From an uncultured delta proteobacterium (GTDB lineage Bacteria; Desulfobacterota; Binatia; JACPRU01): a stretch of DNA of 64,000 nucleotides. Positions 56,396 to 64,000 of this stretch are shown one piece after another. The position numbers and the translations under genes are program-made. The stretch covers positions 64,001-128,000 of the forward strand of contig CAVUWD010000007.1 in NCBI GenBank assembly GCA_963745025.1, in the 5' to 3' direction. Each line of letters opens with the position of its first letter. Position 1 is the stretch's first letter. The notes below the pieces were generated by a model, which worked only from the letters and a program-made list of their open reading frames with translations, was not told the origin of the DNA and searched no databases.

Positions 56396-59300
56396 GTGAG
56401 CTTTCTCGAGACAGTTGACCGCGCACGCACGTTCCTCGAGCGCCATCGGCGCGTATCCCTGCGTGCCCTCCGCCGAGAGTTCGATCTCGATGCGGAGACG
56501 CTCGCCGAGCTCAGCGACGAGCTGGTACAGGTCCAGCGCGTCGCCGTCCTTGAGGGCGACGTCCTCGTGTGGGCGGGCGCAGAGACTCGTACCGTTCCGC
56601 CCACCGGCATCCCGCCGCCCACAACCGACCCGCGCTCCTACACCCCGAAGCACCTCGCCGAGAAGATCCTCACCTCCCGCAGCGCTCTCGAGGGCGAGCG
56701 CAAGCAGGTGACGGTGCTGTTCGCCGACGTGAAGGGGTCGATGGAGCTCGGCGAGAAGATCGATCCAGAAGAGTGGTATCGGATCATGGACCGCTTCTTC
56801 CAGATCCTCTCCGACGGGGTGCACCGTTTCGAGGGGACGGTCGACAAGTTCACCGGCGATGGAATCATGGCGATCTTCGGGGCGCCGATCGCCCACGAAG
56901 ATCATGCCCGGCGCGCCTGCTACGCGGCGTTGCATCTGAGGGACGAACTTCGCCGATACGCCGAGGAGCTGAAACGCACACGGGGACTCAGCTTCTCCGT
57001 GCGTATGGGACTCAATTCGGGTGAGGTCGTGGTGGGAACGATCGGCGACGATCTGAAGATGGTCTACACGGCGCACGGCAACACCGTGGGCCTCGGACAG
57101 CGGATGGAGCAGCTCGCCACACCCGATCAGGTCTATCTAACCGAGAACAGCGCGAAGCTGGTTTCGGGGTTCTTCCGCCTGCGCGATCTCGGCCCGTTCG
57201 AGCTCAAAGGGGTAAGCGCTCCGGTGCGGGTCTACGAATTGGAGGGCGTGGGCGCGCTCCACACTCCTCTCGAAGTGTCCCGCGCCCGCGGCTTGTCGCG
57301 CTTCGTCGGGCGCGACCGCGACATGGCGGTGCTCGAGGCCGCGCTGGAGCGCGCGCGCGGCGGCAGCGGCCAGGTGGTGGGGGTGGTGGCCGAGGCGGGC
57401 ACGGGCAAGTCGCGCCTGTGCGCGGAGTTCCTCGATAGCTGCCGGGCGCGCGGCATTCCGGTGCTCGAGGGGCACGGCGTAGCGCACGGGAAGTCGATCC
57501 CGATGCTGCCCATGCTGGAGCTCTGGCGTGCCTTCTTCGGGATCGCCGACGGCGACGGCGCCGAGGCGACGCGGGCGAAGATCGCCGGGCGGCTGTTGCT
57601 GATGGACGAGAGCTTCCGCGAGGTGTTGCCCCTTCTCTTCGACCTGTTCGGCGTGCCGGACCCGGCGAACCCGGCCCCCGCAATCGACCCCGAGCAGCGG
57701 CAGAAGCGGCTGCACGGCGTGGTGAAGCGGGTGCTTCACGACCCGGCCTACAGCGGGGAGCGGGTGCTCCTGCTCGAGGACCTGCACTGGTTCGACGGCG
57801 CCAGCGACGCCTTCCTCGAGACGGCCGTCGAGAGCGTGCCCGCCACCCGCGATCTGTGGCTCGTCACCTTCCGTCCCGAGTACCAGTCGCGCTGGATGCA
57901 GCGGTCGTACTACCAGCAGCTGCCACTCCAGCCGCTGGGACCGGAGGCGATCCGGGCGCTGCTGCGCGATCAGCTGGGGGAGGACCCGAGCGTCGCGGCG
58001 CTGCCCGAGACGATCCAGCGAGCGCACCAAGGGGAACCCGTTCTTCATCGAGGAGGTGGTGCAGTCGCTGGTGGAGAGCGGTCACCTCACTGGAGCACGC
58101 GGCGCCTACCGGCTGACGACGGCGGTCGAGGCGCTGAATGTGCCGGCCAGCGTGCAGGCGGTGCTGGCGGCGCGGATCGACCGATTGCCGGAGCGGGAGA
58201 AGCAGGTGCTGCAGACGGCGTCGGTGATCGGCAAGACGTTCAGCGAGGCGCTGCTCGGGCGGGTCGTGGCGAGCGTGGCGACGATCGGAGAGACGGAGCT
58301 CAGCGCATCGCTCTCGGCGCTGGTGGCGGCGGAGTTTTTGTACGAGGCGGCGCTCTATCCGCAGCTCGAGTACTCCTTCAAGCACCCGCTGACGCAGGAG
58401 GTGGCGGAGCGGTCGCAGCTGCGCGAGCGGCGCATGCGGGTGCACGCGGCGGTGGGGCGGGCGCTGGAGGAGGCGGGGGAAAACCTCGACGAGCGCGCCG
58501 CGGAGATTGCGCAGCACTACGAGGAAGCGGGGGACGGGGCGACGGCGGCGCGCTGGCACCGGCGCGCGGCGCAGTGGGCCGGGCTCTCCGACCCGCGCGA
58601 GGGGCTGCGACACTGGCGGAGGGTGCGTGATCTCGCGCCCGGCGTGGAGGACGTGAGCGAGCGGAGCGAGCTGACGCTGCAGGCGTGTCACCAGCTCCTC
58701 TCCCTCGGCTGGCGCATGGGGGGCAGCGAAGAAGAGGCCGCGGCGGTATACGAAGAGGGCCGCGCCCTGGCCGAGCGCACCGGCAATCGCCGTGCACTGG
58801 CGATGTTTGCGGGCCTCTACGGCATCGTGCGGATGAGCGTGGGAGGCTCTGCGCTCGACTACGTTCGCTACGGCGAGGAGGGCGCACGGATCGCGGCGGA
58901 GTGCGACGATCCAGCGCTGCGTGCGGCGCTTGGGACGTTCCCAGCCTTTGGACACCTCCACGCCGGCGACGGCCGGGCGATGCTGGAGTGGTCGGCGCGG
59001 GTCCTGGAGGAGGTTGGATCGGACAATGTGCTCGGCAAGGAGATCGTCGGCTTCAGCCCGCGAGCGGGCATGTTCATGGTCCGCGCACTGGCCCTCACGT
59101 GTCTGGGGCGACTGGACGAGGCGTGGAGCCAGGTCAGAGAGGCAGAGCGCGTCGCGGAGGAATCGCGAGAGCTCGAGGTACTGGGCTGGGTGCTGTCCGT
59201 CTGGGCGGAGCTGGCTTACACGTGCGGTGGCACCGAGTCTGTCCTGGAGCACGGCCGTCGTAGCCTCGAGATCGCGGAGAAGCTCGACAACGAGTTCGTC

Positions 59301-59826
59301 CCGAGTGTTCGCGTACTCTGCGCTCGGGACAGCGTATCTGATCGACGCGCAGCCCGCCGCCGCTCGCGACGCACTACACGAGAGTGTTGCGATCGCTCGT
59401 GATCGCCGCACGGGGCGCGCATTCCTTCCCCAGGTGCTGGCCGTGCTCGCGGAGGCGCACCTGGCACTCGGCGAACGGACCGAGGCCTTGGCCACGGCGC
59501 GCGAGGCCATCGATCTGGCGAGCGCCGGCGGCATCGCTTACTACGAAGCGCACGCGCAGCTCGCGCTGGCCGGGGCTCTGCTGGCGACGGATGGCGTCGT
59601 GCCCCGCGCGGAGATCGAGTCCGCTCTCGAACGCGCCGAGCACCTGGTCGAGTCGATCGAAGGCCGCTCGCTGTCGCCGCGGATCCTGGAGATGCGCGGA
59701 CGCCTGGCCGCCGCGCTCGGCGACGCGCCGGCTTCCGACCGGGCGCTGCGACAAGCGCTGGATCTCTACCGAGCCATCGGCGCCACCGGGCACGCCGAGC
59801 GGCTGGCGCGGGAGATCGGCGCATGA
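56396..59826 (+). CDS. Class III adenylate/guanylate cyclase plus AAA ATPase plus TPR (frameshifts at ~58020 and ~59300)
   Basis: VTVLFADVKGS, FTGDG, RMGLNSGEVVVG, Walker A AEAGTGKS, LLEDLHW, GNPFF, FKHPLTQEVA, helical C-terminus. Confidence 0.9.
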
Positions 59827-60092
59827 AGTGCGCGAGGTGCGGTAGCCAGAGCCCCGAGCGCGCGAAGTTCTGCCTCGAGTGCGGCGCCGCCTTCGCCCCG
59901 CGCTGCGCCAGCTGCGGGCCGCTGCGGACTCGCTTCGACGTCTCGCGGGCCCGCGGCTTCTCCCGCTTCGTCGGGCATGACGAGGAGATACAGCTGCTGG
60001 AGACGGCGCCGCTCGAACTGTTCCGGCTGAATGCCGAGTTGCCGAAGCGCGCAACCCTGGGGCTCGAGCGATGGCTCTTGGCACGCGGCTGA
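59823..60092 (+). pseudogene. Collapsed cyclase-AAA remnant
   Basis: MKCARCG..KFCLECG..CASCG fused directly to PLRTRFDVSRARGFSRFVG, the post-cyclase linker seen in the neighbouring gene. Confidence 0.75.
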
Positions 60093-60730
60093 AGCACCCC
60101 CGCCGCGGCGCGTGGCTAGTGCTGTGGCTCGTAACGGCGGCGCACGCGAACCCGCCGCCCGTCCCTGCCTCGGTGCGAAGGATACTCGGCGGCGCGACCG
60201 TGCTCGTGCTGCCGTCGCGGTGTGCCGGTGCTGTCGTCGAGGCGCCATGGCTCGTGGCGACGGCGAAACACTGCATCGACGACGGCGTGCGGCTCCGCGT
60301 CCGGGTGGCCGGCGTCGAGCGTGACGCGGCGGTTGTGGACGAGGACGCGGCCGCCGACCAGGTCGTGCTGGCGCTCGCGTCCGCGGTGCCGGTGACGCCG
60401 CTCGGGGTCGTGCGGCGCATCCCGAGCGTCGGCACGGTGCTCTACTTTCACGGCAACCCGGAGCGCCCAAGCTGGCAGGCAGCGCGGCTCGATCGGATCG
60501 CGCCGTGTCCGTCGCTGCCGGACCTCTCGCGCGCGCTGCACACGAGCATCGACGGCACGCCCGGCGACTCGGGCGCGCCACTCGTCGACCTGCTGGGCGA
60601 GGTGGTGGGGCTCGTGCACGGCGGCGCCAAGTGCCGGATCGCGACGCCGGGCGATCGTCTCGCGCGTCTCATCGACCGGGTGCTGGAGCGCGAGCAGACG
60701 CGCGTGCCGCGGGGCAGAGCTACCCCATAG
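60071..60730 (+). CDS. Trypsin-like serine protease
   Basis: Hydrophobic signal, TAKHC (His), AADQ (Asp), GDSGAP (Ser). Confidence 0.85.
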   Translation: MALGTRLKHPRRGAWLVLWLVTAAHANPPPVPASVRRILGGATVLVLPSRCAGAVVEAPWLVATAKHCIDDGVRLRVRVAGVERDAAVVDEDAAADQVVLALASAVPVTPLGVVRRIPSVGTVLYFHGNPERPSWQAARLDRIAPCPSLPDLSRALHTSIDGTPGDSGAPLVDLLGEVVGLVHGGAKCRIATPGDRLARLIDRVLEREQTRVPRGRATP

Positions 60731-60847
60731 CCGAGATGCACCATACGGGCAGAAGGTGAACTTCGCCCGGTGCCACCCTATTGGCCACCGCACGAAGGTC
60801 ATCTGTTTCGACTCTCCAGAAGGCATTGCGAGGCGAGCAGCCTCGTC

Positions 60848-60901
60848 ATGATCAGCGACAATTACTTTTGCCGGTCGGCAAGAGTAATTGTCGTCGATCA
60901 T
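60848..60901. repeat. Near-perfect 54-bp palindrome/hairpin
   Basis: ATGATC-AG-CGACAATTACTTTTGCCG-GT-CGGCAAGAGTAATTGTCG-TC-GATCAT. Confidence 0.85.
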
Positions 60902-61639
60902 CGTCAGTCACGTTCACATCTTACTTGCTGGCTGGCGGCGCTCCCCCGGAACCTTCCACACGGCTCTATTCTAACTCCTGTCGCGCGCTCCACCGGTCTC
61001 ATCGCGTTGCTAGTCCCAGGTAGCGGATTCCAGCTCATGACCAGCTTGTAAGCTCCGTAACCCACAGCTGCTGCGACAACCACCGGGACCCCTGCGGCGA
61101 TCGCGATGTCTCCTGGAAGACATTCCTCGGACATATCTGCGGTCTCCCCGAAGGTCAGGCTAACGATACGAACGGGCGGGCGATCTGCCCAGTCGCGGAG
61201 ACGAGATCAATGCGAAGATGCTGGCCGAACTTGTCGAAGCGAATCGCGGCCGGCGAGGTGGGCGCCGGGAGGGCCAAAGGTCAACGCGCTCGCGGCGTAT
61301 CGGTTCAGTGACATTACCATAGCCTCATACTCCAGAGCATCGTGGACGTCTGTTTTCGATCCCTTCTGCGGCTCGGGAACCTTCTTGATCTCGACACGTA
61401 GGGAGCGACTGAGAACTCGTTGAGCGAAGGCACGAGCCAGTCGCTCCAGCAGCGTGTACCCGGTCGTTTTCATATTAGAACGCACCTGAGGCAAGCGCCA
61501 TGCGGCTTTCAGCGGTGCCAGGACCTTTTAGGCGTCGGCATTGCCACTGAACTGATCGCGATCCGAATGTCGAAACCATGCCAGTTGGAACCCGCGGTTC
61601 TTGGTTGCAATGCGTTTCATCGGCCCCCAAGGACTGCGT

Positions 61640-62224
61640 GACGGTCTGCGCCAACGCCGTGCTCGCCTCCGCACCGGCGATCGACCGGGCTTTCCTCGGG
61701 AAGCTGAGGAGACGGTATTCACAGATACTGCGCGCGGACGGCTCTTCGATCGCGCTCGAGAGATGCTCGCGGTTGCGAGCGCAACCGCCGGCGAGGACGA
61801 GAAGCGGGTGCGCGACGAGCTTCGCCACCTCGAGGCGACGAGCGCGGCCCTGGTGCGGGCAATTGAGAACGCCGCTCTATCGGGAGGAATGCCCGACGCC
61901 TTGGTTGCTCGGCTTCGTGAACGCGAAGCTGAGAAGCAGGCCGCCGAGCTGCGACTGCGAGAAATCCTCACCCTCGGAGCCGTCACTGACTTCGAGCTTC
62001 GCCGCGATGAGCAGGAACTTGCACGCCGTCTCCGGGATCTCCGCGCCGAGATGCTCTCGGACATGACCGGCGCACGAGCAGTCGTATCCCGGCTCCTGGT
62101 AGGCAAGGTGGTGTTCGAGCCCGAGGTAGAGGATCGAGCCTACTTGGTCCGGGCCACCCTCGCTCTCGGCCGCGTGATAAGTATAGCGTCCCCGACGGGA
62201 TTTGAACCCGTGTTACCGGCGTGA
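61640..62224 (+). mobile_element. Large serine recombinase C-terminal remnant reading antisense into the tRNA-Glu 3' end
   Basis: Coiled coil (LVRAIE..LVARLREREAEK), AR..V.RLL.GK..FEP, ending ASPTGFEPVLPA encoded by the tRNA complement. Confidence 0.65.
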
Positions 62225-62261
62225 AAGGCCGGTGTCCTGGGCCGGGCTAGACGACGGGGAC
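62187..62261 (-). tRNA. tRNA-Glu(TTC)
   Basis: GTCCCCGTCGTCTAGCCCGGCCCAGGACACCGGCCTTTCACGCCGGTAACACGGGTTCAAATCCCGTCGGGGACG folds as a cloverleaf. Confidence 0.95.
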
Positions 62262-62281
62262 GTGAACTCTGGTTCGCGCAG

Positions 62282-62354
62282 TGAGCCGCCTGGGAATCGA
62301 ACCCAGGACACCCGGCTTAAAAGGCCGGTGCTCTACCTACTGAGCTAGCGGCTC
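62282..62354 (-). tRNA. tRNA-Lys(TTT)
   Basis: GAGCCGCTAGCTCAGTAGGTAGAGCACCGGCCTTTTAAGCCGGGTGTCCTGGGTTCGATTCCCAGGCGGCTCA. Confidence 0.95.
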
Positions 62355-63239
62355 GCGATTGGGAAAATGAGTTACTTAGCAGGCGCTCGCTCTCCTTTCC
62401 ACCCTCTAGCGTAACGCCGCACCCTACGCGGACCGCCGTGTGACGGAAATCATGAGCCACCCTCCCCGTCAAGCCGGCCGACGCACGAACACGCTGCCCA
62501 AATCACGGAGGATGGCCGTGGTGACGGAGCCGGTAGTCGACACGAAACCAGCGGCACCCGCGTCATCGGCTGCCACCGAGCACGTGCGGAGAAACCGGGG
62601 AGCTCCGAAAGGCAATTGCCCCACCCTGTTTCGCACGACCTCCTTCCGACCGTCCGGGGCGCGCGACGGATCGCCTCGAGGCGCATCTCCGCGCCGGGTG
62701 CGGCAACGTCGATCACGAAGGCAATCCCACTGCCGTCGGTCGTGCTGGAACCGGCAGAGAAAGGCAAGCGTCGTGAACATCGATAGTGTCCGAACCAGGT
62801 ACCAGGAAGCGCTCGGCGTCATACCGGATGAACGTGGACCGTCCCCTGAAAAAATGGATGCGGTGCGTCCGACTTCGCCTCCGGCCCGTGGACGAGGAAA
62901 TAGTCGCGTGCGTCGGCTTGCAGGGTGAGCAGCAAGAGCGCCGAGACGACGATCGCAAACGAATGTCGACCGTGAGCACACCGCCCAGAACCAGCGTCCG
63001 CCAGAACCAGGCAACGAGCAGAAAGCAGCGCGAATCCCGAACGTGAGCGTGAGGCAACCCGAGCACAAGGAATGCTGCCGTCCAGAAGTCGAGCAGCGGA
63101 CCCGCATGACCGTACTGCACCGCGTTGCGCAGCGCACGGTATTCGCAGCTACCTGAGTGCGGGTAGCCTGACGTGTAAACATGATGCCCGCCCACCCTTC
63201 GCGCAGAGCGGGTTTCCGAGCCTCGTCGTCCCGCGCCGC

Positions 63240-63740
63240 CTCGGGCATCCAGATCGTCTCCGGCACGGCTACGATCCGCAACAGCACGCTCTCGGGCAAG
63301 TACTCCAACAACGACGGCGGCATGTAGGGGTATTCGACCTACTACGGCACGGCCACGCTCGCTAACCGCACGCTCGAGGTGCAACGGCGCCACCTACGGC
63401 GGCGCATCCTCAACGAGCAGAGATCCACGGCTACGGTGAAGAACTCAATTGTCGCGAATAGCACTGCTGGCGGCAATTGTTTAAGCAATTCTTACGACTC
63501 TACATTCACCGCCTTGGGAGCGAACCTGGACACTGACGGAACCTGCGGATTCACCACGGTCACCTCGGTGCAGCTCAACCTCGGACCGCTGGCGCTGAAC
63601 TGGCTTGGCACCACCGCTACCTTGGCGTTGTTACCCGGCAGCGTGAGTTGACGCCGTACGGATTGTACGGATGTTGCCGGTGATCCCGTGCTGAAGACCA
63701 GCGGGGTGTACCCCGGCCTGACGGCGGAACTCCAGTTCGA
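63240..63740 (+). pseudogene. Decayed beta-helix / choice-of-anchor Q surface protein fragment
   Basis: TATIRNSTLSG, in-frame stop, TVKNSIVANS.AGGNC..GANLDTDGTCGF..LNLGPLA.N..T.T.ALLPGS. Confidence 0.65.
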
Positions 63741-64000
63741 CCGCGCCAGGGCTGCGCCCACCGGCCTCCAGGGACCCCGACTTCGGTGGGGTTCGGGCCT
63801 TTAGAGTTGCTGGACCGGCGGATCACGAACCCGCTCAGGTACGGGAGGTGCGTGCGTTGGCAGGTTCGCTGGTCCGAGGAGGCACGATCGGTTCGAGGAC
63901 GACGTGGTCGCCCTTCTCGGTCTGAGAGAGCTGGATCGTGCCTGCCGCAAGCTCGAGGACACCGACCGCTTTCTCCACCTCGGGACACGCGCTGCCGGGC

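Noticed and set aside
60904-61494. Two short minus-strand ORFs in lower-GC DNA
   Set aside because: No recognisable motifs; they may be cargo remnants but cannot be supported.
62400-63200. Overlapping ORFs upstream of the tRNAs
   Set aside because: Biased composition, no RBS or motif support; likely decayed or non-coding.

Overview
GC-rich bacterial accessory region. The gene content suggests a soil Deltaproteobacterium such as Candidatus Binatia, which is an inference from the multiple zinc-ribbon/adenylate cyclase/AAA/TPR genes, the GWYL..P/CIASDDPRL small protein and the many oxidoreductases. The window ends in a tRNA-Lys/tRNA-Glu pair that carries the tail of a serine recombinase. Intact modules: an orphan PilB/GspE-type ATPase fused to a double zinc ribbon and a receiver domain; a P-type ATPase; LssY-C; a PPi-type PFK; two molybdopterin enzymes, one a beta-alpha EBDH/Nar-like pair with no Tat signal or gamma subunit; BVMO, SnoaL and hydrolase genes; an Hsp70-like protein; a discoidin-glycosidase plus GH94 (SOGP-like) pair; a partly collapsed pentose-phosphate cluster; MscS; SulP; P450 plus MFS; a TPR protein; a QQVG-repeat protein; and a class III adenylate cyclase-AAA-TPR gene. 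Most spacers between intact genes are short slivers of unrelated genes, and several genes are collapsed by internal deletions. There is also a tRNA-Thr att remnant and a duplicated integrative-element-like end flanking sulP. Clustered single-base frameshifts in otherwise intact genes are probably sequencing or assembly errors. All protein calls come from motif recognition by eye, not database searches.
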